A DNA stretch of 64,000 nucleotides from Hormiphora californensis (lineage: Eukaryota > Animalia > Ctenophora), in NCBI GenBank assembly GCA_020137815.1, contig CM035353.1, positions 5,518,001 through 5,582,000 of the forward strand, in the 5' to 3' direction. Below are positions 1 to 12,629 of the stretch, one piece after another. The position numbers and the translations under genes were made by a program. The notes beneath the pieces are model-generated. The model worked only from the letters and a program-made list of their open reading frames with translations. It had not been told where the DNA came from and did no database searches. Numbering within the stretch: position 1 is the stretch's first letter; the number at the start of each line of letters is the position of its first letter.

Positions 1-160
1 CATCCACCCGGGCAGGGAAAAAATCTGCATATCACCGGAAAGAGCATAATTTTATGAGTCCGTAAAACTTTTGTTTGACGAAATTGGTTAAGAAATAAAG
101 GCGTGAGAGCCGAAACAAGTTTCCGGCGCGCAAATAAAATCTCGCGCGCCACCCAGGAGG

Positions 161-187
161 GTGACAGTTTCAAAAATCCGACTTTAT
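161..187. mobile_element. Right TIR of a TA-flanked MITE family (same TIR as 53116-53270)
   Basis: GGGTGACAGTTTCAAAAATCCGACTTTA matches the right end of the complete copy at 53116-53270. The left end is not in the window. Confidence 0.6.
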
Positions 188-297
188 AGGCCATATCTTA
201 TTAGGCTATAGATAGTCACGTACGGAAGTGTGTCATTCAAACCAAACAAATTGCCTGCACGCTCCCCTTCTTTAGAAATCATTTATATCCGCCCTTA

Positions 298-352
298 GTA
301 GCCACTCTCCAGTAGCCACTCTCCAGTAGCCACTCTCCAGTAGCCACTATCC
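298..352. repeat. 14-bp tandem repeat (AGTAGCCACTCTCC) x~4
   Basis: Read directly from the sequence. Confidence 0.85.
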
Positions 353-885
353 CACAAGTAGAATCTTAAATTGAATGTAGGAAAGTTTAAAACTGTGTAT
401 TCTCCCCACCATCTATCATGTAACACAGTACAGTAGTGAACTCATCACACTTCCAATAACAATTGATACGGCGGTATTATACCTTTGTAAATTGTAGCCG
501 TATAAAAGCACATGTGCCAGTGATTGTTTCAATTTCCAAGTGTTAAAAAATGACAACTTGAATAAAAATGCCAAGTAAATTTTTCAGAAAGTTATTAGAA
601 AGATGATTTCTTAGAAAGTAAATTTCTTAGAATGGACAATGGAATACTACTCATTCGATCATTATCATACTTGATAGATATAGATTAAACAAAGATTAAA
701 ATTGCTTGATGCAGGTCATTATTTCATATGCAAAATTATCCCCCTTCCTTCATTTAGTTTTAATGTTTCACTTGATGGAAATTATTCGATAGAAAAGCTA
801 TTGATCTAGTTGGCGCCGAGTTTCTCGCATTATTACCACACAAAATGATCACCTCTCGTCCTTGTCAACCACAAATGTACCACAA

Positions 886-960
886 GTGAGAAGAGAGAGG
901 GAGAGGGAGAGAGAGAGAGAGAGAGAAAGAAAGAGAGAGAGAAAGAGAGAGAGGGAGAGG

Positions 961-1003
<43 letters not shown>

Positions 1004-1027
1004 GTAGAGAGAGAGAGAGAGATATAT

Positions 1028-1068
<41 letters not shown>

Positions 1069-1145
1069 TAAAGAAAGAAAGAAAGAGAGAGGGAGAGAGA
1101 GAGATAAAGAAAGAAAGAGAGAGTATGTGGGAGAGAGATAGAGAC
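886..1145. repeat. (GA)n-rich microsatellite
   Basis: Read directly; it explains the SL-repeat ORFs 833-1189. Confidence 0.95.
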
Positions 1146-2260
1146 CGGATAGAAGTTGTATAGTGAAGAGCAGGTGTTATGCATGTCACTTTCTTCCTTC
1201 TCTCAGTTCTTCATCCGCTCCCCTCAACTTTGTTTGATATCAACTGAGTACTAACTTTTAAGTCTTTCCCGTTGTGTTATTCTGATTCAGAATTGTCTGA
1301 AAAATCGTTCTATCACTGACCTGTTCAAGCTGTATCTCAAACGGGGACGGCGCTAGAGCTCACAGAAAAGTGTCCAGATTTTTAGTTGTCACCCGTTATC
1401 GTGTCTTGTAGAATTAATTCTAGGTCTCCATGCTAGTCCACTACAACGTCAGTCATGTCATGTGCTTTTGATGGACACGTACTACTCGTGATGCATGCTG
1501 TGGCCAACTTGTAAGAAAACCGTGTATTTCTATATTAGTCTCAATAGTCTCAATATAGTCATCAATTTTCAGTTGTCCTCAAGAGTCAAGACATATTCAT
1601 TAGGGAAGACATCAGGAATAGAGATAAAATTTCAACTAGTATTCATGCTAACTCTCAGCTCTGTGTTTAATGAAACTCCTTTTGTTCTCCAGTAACATAT
1701 ATTTCGTGTGCACGTGTGTAGAGCTGCTGGTACATATATCTCTCTCTGCGTGCTCACAGCTGCACTCATCATATTTTGTATTCCTATTTTTAGTATGTGC
1801 TTCTCTTTTCTACTACTTGAGATACAACCAAGTAATATACAGCCTGGCCCAGCCGGTACTTGTCTATGCTAAAGTTTATTGCCTTGTTCGACTCTTTCCT
1901 TGTTTTGTTCAAACCCGCACGGGGAAACAGGTTCGAGCAAGGCAACTCTCTCTCTCTCTCTCCGTGTGTAAAGAAGACCGTCATAACAATAGTTTGGGAT
2001 AACAATAGTTTGGGATACCACACGGGAACGATTACACACCTGTTGTACACACTATTCTATATTGCACAATCAAACAGTGCGTCTTAGAGAGCTAATAATA
2101 CAATGTATTTGCACCACTCTCCGTCGTTATTGTATGACACCGTGAGGCTAATGTTGTTGTTGTTGGTGTGTCTATTAATGGACATGCCCATTCTAACACC
2201 CCCCTCCTCCCGATCTAGGTCACCCAGTATATAATATCACGGATATTCGGCAAGAAAGGA

Positions 2261-3589
2261 ATGACTGACACCGAGGTTTTTTCAATCAAGGATCCCCGTC
2301 CGATAACCGCTAAATTCCGAGCGGAGAACTCACTCCGGACAACAGAGGTTTACTTTTCCGACGAATCAGGAGAGGATGATGAAGAGGAGGAGTTTGAAGT
2401 GAGAAGGGATGAGGAGGTGGAAGTGAGACCAGTGAAAATTCAAGATGTAGAGGAGCAAGAGGTGGAGGAAAGTATGAAACCGGTTACCGCGAAGAAACCA
2501 ACAAAAACACCTGCCCCCGGCCAGAACACCGAGAGCAACAAAAAACAGAAAACTAAGAAGGAGAAGCATAAACGGAAGGTAAAACAGCGTGTAAACGCAT
2601 ACAACTCCAGCTCTCTCAGCTCCATCTACATCAAGTCGAGTGAGGCTGACTCAAAAACTCGGGTCGATAGACAATCACGGTCAGAGCAGGTTCTCACTGA
2701 GACACCGAAGAGAAAGCCAAAACGTAAGAAGAAGTCGCCTCCTATTTCTGCTGTCCCTCCCCCTGCCCCTCCTCCTTCTTCAATGGAGGATCAGCCGAGT
2801 CAGGCAACTCCCACGACGGGAGCCTCGGAAAGCCCGAGTAGGAAACCCAATCTTGATAGGATCAGCAAGTTGTCAGAACACAAAAAGTGTACCAGACTAG
2901 ATAAACAAGAGAGTTGGTTTAATCCGAATCTAACAGTTGTACCAAGCGAGGACGTCATGGAAGACCAGCCAACACCACTGGTAGACCCTCCAGAGGGTGG
3001 TGCACATTCACCTACAAAGTACTACACACCGGATGGTAGACAGACGGAGGGTGATCCTTTCTCACCCGACCAGTCGAACAGACCACGTGTCCGTTACACA
3101 AACCTATCTCTGTCAATGCCTGGAACACGGGAAGGCCTTCGACGAAAGGAGGGCCCCAGTGATGAGTATGATGCACCGGGGTACAGTTGGTTGTTTGAGT
3201 GTCGGAACATCTGGTCAAATCAGAATCCCAATAGGCACCATGGCCCGAGTCATGTTTACAATCAGGGGTATCCGGGATACCATCATCATCATCACCAGAG
3301 TAACACCACGGCAACAAGGGAACAACAGGTCGTTAGCGGTGGTGGAGGTAGCGGAGTGAGCTATGTAGGAACCCAAAACATTGAGGTTACAAATCAGACA
3401 GCTAACGCAGTTGCAAGTCTGGGTAATAATTGTAAGACGAATAGCAGATTCATACACAGTATGAAAAATAGGGTGACGAAAAGAGGGGCACCCATGCGGA
3501 CTGTAAAACAGGGGTCTTTTGTGTTACTGGGTACGGTGAAAACAATAAGAGATGATAGGATTGAGAAATTACTTTTAAATTTACAGTAG
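2261..3589 (+). CDS. Unknown low-complexity protein (acidic, Lys-rich, Pro/His tracts), probably a large exon of about 2219-3530
   Basis: 442-codon non-repetitive ORF. Candidate acceptor ...GATCTAG|GT at 2218/2219 and candidate donor CTGG|GTACGG near 3530. No recognisable domain. Confidence 0.6.
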   Translation: MTDTEVFSIKDPRPITAKFRAENSLRTTEVYFSDESGEDDEEEEFEVRRDEEVEVRPVKIQDVEEQEVEESMKPVTAKKPTKTPAPGQNTESNKKQKTKKEKHKRKVKQRVNAYNSSSLSSIYIKSSEADSKTRVDRQSRSEQVLTETPKRKPKRKKKSPPISAVPPPAPPPSSMEDQPSQATPTTGASESPSRKPNLDRISKLSEHKKCTRLDKQESWFNPNLTVVPSEDVMEDQPTPLVDPPEGGAHSPTKYYTPDGRQTEGDPFSPDQSNRPRVRYTNLSLSMPGTREGLRRKEGPSDEYDAPGYSWLFECRNIWSNQNPNRHHGPSHVYNQGYPGYHHHHHQSNTTATREQQVVSGGGGSGVSYVGTQNIEVTNQTANAVASLGNNCKTNSRFIHSMKNRVTKRGAPMRTVKQGSFVLLGTVKTIRDDRIEKLLLNLQ

Positions 3590-4815
3590 ATTGCCATTAA
3601 AATGCTGGAAATTGAACTAATTTCCTGATGAAGGACGTGTTTTTGTCGTCTGTCTCAAAAATCAAGTAGTTTCTGGTAGGCATAATGAATGGTTATGGCG
3701 ATAATTCGAAAAGGAGGAATAAGGAATCAACAGATCGTTCTCACACACCTGAAGATTGAAGGTTGATTTCAATTTTGAACGGCCAAAAATCCACACTCAG
3801 CGCCGACGCGAGTCACTTTTTGAAATTGGAGCAGATATTTATTGCGCGCAGTACTACAAAGTATTTTAGCGCGGCGTTGTATTTGCGCGTACCAAGATGT
3901 GCGCGCGCGTTGTACACACAACAATGGCGCTGTTTCACTTTCACCACCAGGAGGCCAAATCCCGGTAGACCCCCTGACCATATATGGAAGTGTACGGTAT
4001 TGAAAAACGGGGGTATTGCTGCACATTTGACAAGTTGGGATCATATTGATGGAATAAGCGAAATAATGAGACGGCTCAGGGGTGAACCTTTTAATAGCTG
4101 CTGTAAAACACATAATGTGCAATCTCTAAAGATTGTTGGTAGGATGGTAGCAAGTCTGAATAGCACGTCTAAGCCTCATATGTTTCGAGGATACTGTTGA
4201 GGGGAGGATCCCGATTTATTGGATATGTATGACTTGATATTTCAAAATTGAAAAGATAAAAACTCGCAATTTATGATGGTGTAAGCGAAATGCAATCATT
4301 TTTCTACTTCTACAAATCTGGAGTGATGTACAATTCATTTTACATAAATCAATTCAGATCCGAAATATACACTCTCTCTCTCGAGGCTGTGTCATAAAAC
4401 ACATTTACATAGTGTCATAAAACACATTGTGTCAGTGTTCTGAGGGGGTTACCTATTTCATACATAAAATAGACGCACCTTCGATCTGCTTATCTCGTCA
4501 TTCCCGTCAAAGAAGGCGTTTTCAATAACCACATTACCACTGAAAGATAAGTTGTCTAGTCAGATCGCTGAAAGATTCATATCTAGAATTGAGTGAGATA
4601 GCAGCTAAGAGAAGATAGGGAAGATGTTCCTAATTATGTTTTACTATCTCAGACAGGAAGTGATATAATATCCTTCTGGTGCTGATACACAAGTTGCATA
4701 ACCCTGTCTAGTACAGTAGTCTAGTACAGCTGTCTAGTAGACTCACTTGAGGACGCTAAATGATCTATATCTGTATAACCTGACTACTGTCTAGACAGTA
4801 GTCTAGACAGACTCA

Positions 4816-4938
<123 letters not shown>

Positions 4939-4943
4939 TTATT

Positions 4944-5100
4944 CAACAAGATACAACAAGATACAACAAGATACAACAAGATACAACAAGATACAACAAG
5001 ATACAACAAGATACAACAAGATACAACAAGATACAACAAGATACAACAAGATACAACAAGATACTACAAGATACAACAAGATACAACAAGATACAACACG
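4944..5100. repeat. 10-bp tandem repeat (CAACAAGATA) x~16
   Basis: Read directly from the sequence. Confidence 0.95.
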
Positions 5101-5182
5101 ACAATACATGTGTTTCACGGGGCTGATCATGTCAACACAATGTGCAGTTTCATGATGTCAAAGGGAGTGTGATTACAGAGTA

Positions 5183-5622
<440 letters not shown>

Positions 5623-5698
5623 TCAGGGCCTGAAAAATAGGGAACTTATTCTTAGAAAATAAAATGACTCCGAGTGATGAATTATGATGGGTAACTTA

Positions 5699-5794
<96 letters not shown>

Positions 5795-5971
5795 CTAACA
5801 ATATATTATAGTCATTTCAATGTTTTGAACCAATGTTTTGTATGTTATGTTCATGTTCCCAGTCTTCGTTATAAGATCACAATACACAAAGATTTAATCC
5901 TGAACAGAGCTCATTCATTGATATACAAAGATATGTTCATCACAGCAAGCAGTTTTGTGATCCACGCAAAC

Positions 5972-6590
5972 CGAGGGACAAATAGGAACTGGGAGGGAGC
6001 GAGAGGGACAAATAGGAACTGGGAGGGAGCGAGAGGGACAAATAGGACCGGGGAGGGAGCGAGAGGGACAAATAGGACCGGGGAGGGAGCGAGAGGGACA
6101 AATAGGAACTGAGAGGGAGCGAGAGGGACAAATAGGAACTGGGAGGGAGCGAGAGGGACAAATAGGACCGGGGAGGGAGCGAGAGGGATAAATAGGACCG
6201 GGGAGGGAGGGAGAGGGAAAAATAGGAACTGGGAGGGAGCGAGAGGGACAAATAGGAACTGGGAGGGAGCGAGAGGGACAAATAGGACCGGGGAGGGAGC
6301 GAGAGGGACAAATATGACCGGGGAGGGAGGGAGAGGGACAAATAGGACCGGGGAGGGAGCGAGAGGGACAACTAGGAACTGGGAGGGAGCGAGAGGGACA
6401 AATAGGACCGGGGAGGGAGCGAGAGGGACAAATAGGACCGGGGAGGGAGCGAGAGGGACAAATAGGAACTGGGAGGGAGGGAGAGGGACAAATAGGAACT
6501 GGGAGGGAGCGAGAGGGACAAATAGGACCGGGAAGGGAGCGAGAGGGACAAATAGGACCGGGAAGGGAGCGAGAGGGACAAATAGGAAGG
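5972..6590. repeat. 30-bp minisatellite (GAGAGGGACAAATAGGA[AC]C[TG]GGGAGGGAGC) x~20
   Basis: Read directly; two alternating unit variants. Confidence 0.95.
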
Positions 6591-6594
6591 GAAA

Positions 6595-7780
6595 GAAGAG
6601 GAGAGGGCCTAGGACACTACCCTGCGCCACCCCGCTGAGCACCTCCAGTCTCCACCCATGGTGACCTAACCCCATCCACCATCACACACTACTGCCTGCC
6701 TAGGATCCACGCACTGATCCACTGATGAGTGATGAATTTTTCATCCAATCCCGTACCTTTTTAACTTAGCTAGCAACACATTGATATCCACCGAATCAAA
6801 GGCTTTAGAATTTAAGTCTAAATAGAGCACATCAACTTCTCTAACTCTACAGAGTTCGGTTAGGATGTAGTCGACATGAGATAACAGTTGGGACATAGTA
6901 GTTAGTACTACGTCCCTTTCGAAAACTGTCTTGCGTTTCACTCTGCAACTGCATCTCATCCAAATAATCAGCTATTCTCTTTCTGACTAGCCGCTCAAAC
7001 ACCTTCGATAAGTGACTGGTGATCGACACTGGGCGATAATTTACCGTCGTAGACTTCGACCCTTTTTTAAAGATTGGTGTTATGAACTGCTGCTTTAGAC
7101 AATTTGTAACAGCCCCATCTGCTTGTTCCATAACATCCATATAGGATAAGACAAGCTGCTGTTACATCGTTTCAGAATGCATGAAGGAATGCAGCCCGGA
7201 GGTGAGACCGAAAAGGGTTTAAGCTCCTCTAGTGCACTCTGGATACAATTCTGGGAAAAGTCCATGGTCGTCAGGATCTCACCAAGGTCCTCAATGTTAC
7301 CCGCTGCCACAGAGGGATCAATAGCCGCCGGATTGCTGAAAACACTAGCAAACTGGTGTTGTAGTAAGTTAGCCTTCTCTAGGGGGTACACAGTTAAGGA
7401 TTAAGGAACCATCCGCACGCTCAAGGGGGGGGGCAACTGATGATTTAACCTTAGAGTTCTTTTTAACGTGAGTATAAAAGAACTTGGGGTTCTCATTGAT
7501 AGCACCCACTGCCTTCCTCTCCACTTTCTTGTCCCTTGATATCAGGTGGGATTTGATTTTCCCAATTAACCAATCCATCTCCGATTTCCACTTTACTGAT
7601 TCGTTCTTACGTTTATCAAGTTTACGCCTCCTGCTAGTCAAATGCCTGAGTTCTTTGTCTACAAAGTCCTTTTGCATTTTCTTCACTCAGCAATGTGACT
7701 TAACCACCTTGAACACTCTATCTCGAACAGCTTCCACAAACAATGAGCCATCCTCATCACCCAGATCCTCACACTCAACA
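6595..7780 (-). mobile_element. Frameshifted CR1/Jockey-group LINE reverse transcriptase remnant
   Basis: Consecutive broken ORFs carry NPKFFYTHV, EKANLLQHQFASVF, ITPIFKKGSK..NYRPVSITSHLSKVFERLV, VDVLYLDL.SKAFDSVD and SGVAQGSVLGPLLF. Confidence 0.9.
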
Positions 7781-7822
7781 AGCATAGGACCGGGGAGGGA
7801 GCGGGAGGGACGAATAGGACCG

Positions 7823-7965
7823 GTGGGTTTTGAGTCTGGATTTGAAAGTTTCCTCGTCTGAACAGTTGCGAATGTCAATGGAAAGTTGATTCCAGATCCT
7901 CGGGCCTGAAACTTGATATGCACGCTGTGTGGTTTTGTACTTGGTCGAAAAATCCCTTTCCAAAT
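7823..7965 (-). mobile_element. C-terminal fragment of a second CR1/L2-type LINE ORF2
   Basis: RAYQVSGPRIWNQLSIDIRNCSDEETFKSRLKTH matches the typical CR1/L2 ORF2 C-terminus. Confidence 0.7.
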
Positions 7966-10053
7966 GGGTCAGATCACCATCATGCCGTAGTGATGGTCCT
8001 TTCCTCTGACCGCTGACGTTTGTTTATTAGATTTTGAAGATATTGTGGTGCTCGATTGTTTAGACACTTCAATTCTAGGCTCTAGCATCTACTGGAAGAA
8101 AGTGTAGTTGCCGCCTGAGGTCTGTAACTCCCCTCCACTGCCACCTTCTAACTTTGGATTCAAAATTTATCTGATAGGAAATGTCGAGCCCTTACCCAAC
8201 CCAAATCCCAGCCCTAATGCCAGGGAGAAGAACGCCTAAGGCAGGTGGGTCCAAGACCCACTTTTTAGACGAGAAAAAGAGAAGAAAATTGAGTTGGCAA
8301 ACGTTGCTGGCGGGATAAGGCAGCGCTTTTCAAAAAATTGAGAGACTAGCCGAAAAACTTTAGTGGAAGCTCTTACGGTAATTCCCACGCACCGTGGGAA
8401 CATTTCCCACGCCGCGCCCTCTTTTCCCACGCTTTGCTTTCGACGCGCAAAAAATTATCGCGCGTGACGTCTACCAAAATGTTGAGGATGCAGTTGTTAA
8501 CAACATTGGGCCAATTTGGGTAGCGCCGCGAGCATCGGAGCACTGCAGCAGCAGCACGTCACTGAGAATTTCGTTACAATCACACTGCACACACATGCCA
8601 CATTGCATCAATGGATTGCATCATTGACGTTGGAACATCAATGAGGAACAGTTCGGTGGAAGGGAAACCAGTCCAAGAGTGCTGTCATGGCTGTAACCAG
8701 CCCCAGCGTCGTCTAATTACAACGATAAAGTATGAAAGTTTCATCCTCCGCCGAAACATTCCTAATTGATATATTGGGTACAAAATAAATATTCTTTGAT
8801 TAGATGGATTTATAACAAATTGAACGCAAAGTTCTAAGAAGACAGATCACAAACAATTGTTAACTTTCTGGACACTACTTATCGATCACAATATATGTAT
8901 GTAATATTCTCTAAGAGTTTTGTTCAAACCCTAGAACATGGTAAAAAGAGTTCGTGATATCCTAATCTAACGATAATTATAGTCCTATAAATCTCAATTT
9001 ACAGCAGCATCTTGTAGGGAATGCGGACAGTGACAGCTCCGTGTCTAACTTTAGTAGACGTGTCCGATGTCCGTACCGTAGTTAGTCGAATTCCGTTATA
9101 TTATTATGGGAAACGGGTCTAACGGCTGATTCAAGGCATCGATTTTAGATACACATATCTTGTAGATGGGATGATATTAATCGTCTAGAGAGGGTGTTGT
9201 AACCAGTACTCGGCATAATCCTGGGAGGGGGAGGGAAGGTTAGTTAAAAGAGCGTCCAGTACCATGCTCCTTTTATAATTTGGTTTATCGACTATTCAAA
9301 AAGACAACCGTCTAGCTGAGAAAGAGACACAAATCATCTCTTTTGAGAAGGGATGATTTCAGTCTTCTCCGCTTCCTTCCTTATCTTAATGTGTCACATG
9401 GGGTGGGCCTCTATCAGAAATGACAAGAATCGATAATTTTGTACCTCTCATCTGGCCGGGATCCGAAGTGGCGGGGCAACTAAAATGTGGTTTGAATGGG
9501 AGCCTCTCTCATTATCTCTAGTGCTCGGTCGTGGGTACAGTTAGTCAGGACCTGCAAGGAGAGCTGTTATTACATATCTAGGTATGTATGATTGTGTAAA
9601 AATTCCCTCTTATTCCCTCTCCTGAATTCCCCTCGACAATGTTCTTATGTTACATTTGTTCGCGGCGTGGTGAAGCAGGGTGGAACAGGACAATCAGGTT
9701 CAGTACTCACCAGCTACACTGAGCAGTGTATCCTTAGGTATAATCTCAGTCGCCACTGCAGGACTACTCAACACCCTGATACAGCCCTGGAGTGTGTCGC
9801 TACCTCCCTGAATCAGAATGCAGAATGGTGATGCCAAGAGCCTGCCGAACTATTGTCACCGTCACTATTTGTTCGTAGTGTAGAGTTTTACTGATCGTCA
9901 AACCTAGAGGATGGACAGGGTTTAGAGAGATCTGCACTCGGTATCAGGGGAGTGTGAGCACTGAGCAGGTTGTTATGTTCTGAGTTCTGACCCTCCTAAA
10001 AATTTGTAAACACACAACAAGAATCCCATTCAAAAGAAAGACTATGAAATGCT

Positions 10054-10190
10054 CTCTCTCTCCATCTCTCCATCTCTCCATCTCTCCATCTCTCCATCTC
10101 TCCATCTCTCCATCTCTCCATCTCTCCATCTCTCCATCTCTCCATCTCTCCATCTCTCCATCTCTCCATCTCTCCATCTCTCCATCTCTA
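10054..10190. repeat. 8-bp tandem repeat (TCTCCATC)n
   Basis: Read directly from the sequence. Confidence 0.9.
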
Positions 10191-11903
10191 TCTCCCTCCC
10201 TACTCACGGCGGAGTAACTTTTCAGCTACTATAGTGTAACTTAGCCTACAGTGCAACAAGGTCGAACAAGGCAAGGCAGGGGGTGTGATTTGATCGATAC
10301 TGGAACTGGTAAGAGATTATAGCAAGTAGCAACGTGTGATCTGAAACTTACTCATGAGTGGTAAGTGCACCACGCATGTAGGGGACGCGGGGGCCACGTA
10401 GGCTATGGCCCCCGCAACTTTTTCGGTTGCCCATACAAAATTGGATGTTTGGATCCCCAATCATTGAATTTCACTACCTTACACTGGTTTTCGCTAGGCT
10501 TCTCGCTTATCTTGCGAGCATGGGAACGGCTTCGGTTATCGGGGTAGACCTTTTCTATCCAGTATCCTCCCTAATATCGTATATATCTTGCTCTCTCTTC
10601 TTGGCAATCTTTGCTAACACCCAAACTATTCTTGATTTCTACCACTCTCGTCTCACTGATGACCCTCTTATCTCACCGATAAATGTCTCTCTCCCACCCT
10701 TTCTCTCCCACTGCGGCCTTACTCTGTCAGGCCAATGCTCTGACCACAGTCCTCGCACGCTCTTGAAGAAATGAGAGTAGGGTCAGGCCAATGCTCTGAC
10801 AGGCCTTACTGGATGATTGGGTCTGTGGACCGTTAGTAAGTAAACCAAAAAGTCGCCGTCTTCGACTTTCAATTTTGTCAATAACGACTCGTTCTTGACG
10901 AAAATGGCGATTTTTTGGTATAAAAATCAAAATTTTTTTCCCGGGCTCTGCTGTCGCTTCGCCCAATCTATAAGAGTTTCCAATAAAAAATTCGGGGTAT
11001 GTCATATCACGTGACTGGTCAGTGGTCACGTGACTAAAAAATTTTGGCCAAAAAATGGCCCCCACAACTTCAAAACCTCCCCTACATGCATGAAGTGCAC
11101 TGCTATCTCCATCCCCGATATTAAAGAGCATCTCCAGCTCTGCATCGGATGGGGGCACTGGACAAGATTGGCATTCATTACAGTTAGTCGGACCCTATTC
11201 TTGCATTGTCGTAGTAGGCTGCCTGTTCGAATGATAGGTCACTAACGGGGACATCGTTTATTGCAGGGACAACGTCACCCGACCGGAGACGGCCATCTTG
11301 GTATATTAGACCTGGGGGAAGAGGTGAGGTCAGTCAAGACTAGATCTGGTGAAGAGAGGATCAGGACCTGGTGATGGATATGTAATCAATAAACCTGGGT
11401 TTATATGTAGCGGGTCACCCGCCGTATCTTCACAGTTAGGAATCTTTTCTTAACATTTTTGTAGATTCTTAGTGCTCCCTCGTGAGACACAGGGACGGCA
11501 CTCGTGGATGTCCGGGTGTCCGCGGACACCCAGGCCAAAAAGACGGAAAAAGAAAAGAAAAAATGGAAAAAAAACTAAAAAGAATGGTGCTCCAACCACA
11601 ATTTACAATTACTACAGTCTACAGAGTACAGAAGGGCAATTCTTTATCTTGTGTTACCTGTTTGGAGGTGAGCATCAGCAGCCTGCAGTCCCATCTGAAT
11701 GTCTTTGTAGGGAAACGACGAATCAAAGGATCTTTGTCTAAAGAGTAAAAACTAAAAACTGAATCGAAGAAACGATAAATTTGAGAAATCCACGCGCAGC
11801 CCAGCTGTTTTGTCAGCACTGTATATGCTTTCGGCGTGGGAAAAATGCGCGCAGCGTGAGAATTTCCCACGCTCGTGGGAATTACCGTAAGAGCTTCCAC
11901 TAC

Positions 11904-12470
11904 TTGGCATACGTTGCAGGCCCCTTATAATATAATATAAGGGGCCTGGAGGGAATACCGCGCTAGGGGGGAATACATAATCAATCATATCTCCGGTTCC
12001 AGATAAGGTACAGAAATCGTTTTGGTAGCGTTGGAAAGAGGAAGATAACAGCTTTCAAATGCAACCGGTTTCAGGTCTCTATCTTATCAGGAACAGGAGA
12101 TATGAACCAAACTCCGCAAAATCGAGTGCGGTAAAATCAAAATTTGAATGAAATTTTAAAAAAGGTGTCCCTGCAAGAATCTGTGACGTCACTTTTTGAA
12201 AACAACCCATCTTTCAACGGCTATTGCTCAGCCTCCTTAAGTCCAATTAACTTCTCTCAAAAACAGCAAGGTAGATAATCGTCAGATCTAACAACTGGTG
12301 AAAGAATCAAGTCAAACGGACTTCAGGAGCCAAAGTTATAAGCACCGCTGTTTTTTCGACCGCAAAGTTATCTTCGACCCAGCCGGGATCAGGCCAAACG
12401 CGCGCGCGGCATTCCCTCCAGTCCCCTCGTTGCGGGGGTGCGCGCATGAGGGGGCTGCAGCGCATTCCAA
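11904..12470 (+). mobile_element. 567-bp non-autonomous TIR element, copy 1 (Mutator-like)
   Basis: Nearly identical to 54972-55538. Imperfect 22-bp TIRs (TTGGCATACGTTGCAGGCCCCT / rc TTGGAATGCGCTGCAGCCCCCT). No TSD seen at this copy. Confidence 0.8.
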
Positions 12471-12629
12471 CCGAAAAACGGAAAAATTCAGCAAAAAGAC
12501 ACAAGTCAAGTTTTTGACAAGTTTTTTTTGACAAGTTTTAAAAATGATTCAGGTCGGTGTTACCCGACCCAAGAAAATACAATAATAATTTAATTACTAA
12601 TTTAAAAACACACTCAAAAAATAAATATA

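Noticed and set aside
833-1189. SL/ER-repeat ORFs here and at 31477-31699 and 53596-54628
   Set aside because: They are translations of (GA)n/(CT)n microsatellites.
5911-6675. 254-aa ORF fusing an RT motif to FVPLAPS repeats
   Set aside because: Read-through from a dead LINE into a stop-free 30-bp minisatellite.
11090-11460. Possible solo LTR (AATAAA near the end, TG..CA candidates)
   Set aside because: No TSD, second copy or PBS could be identified.
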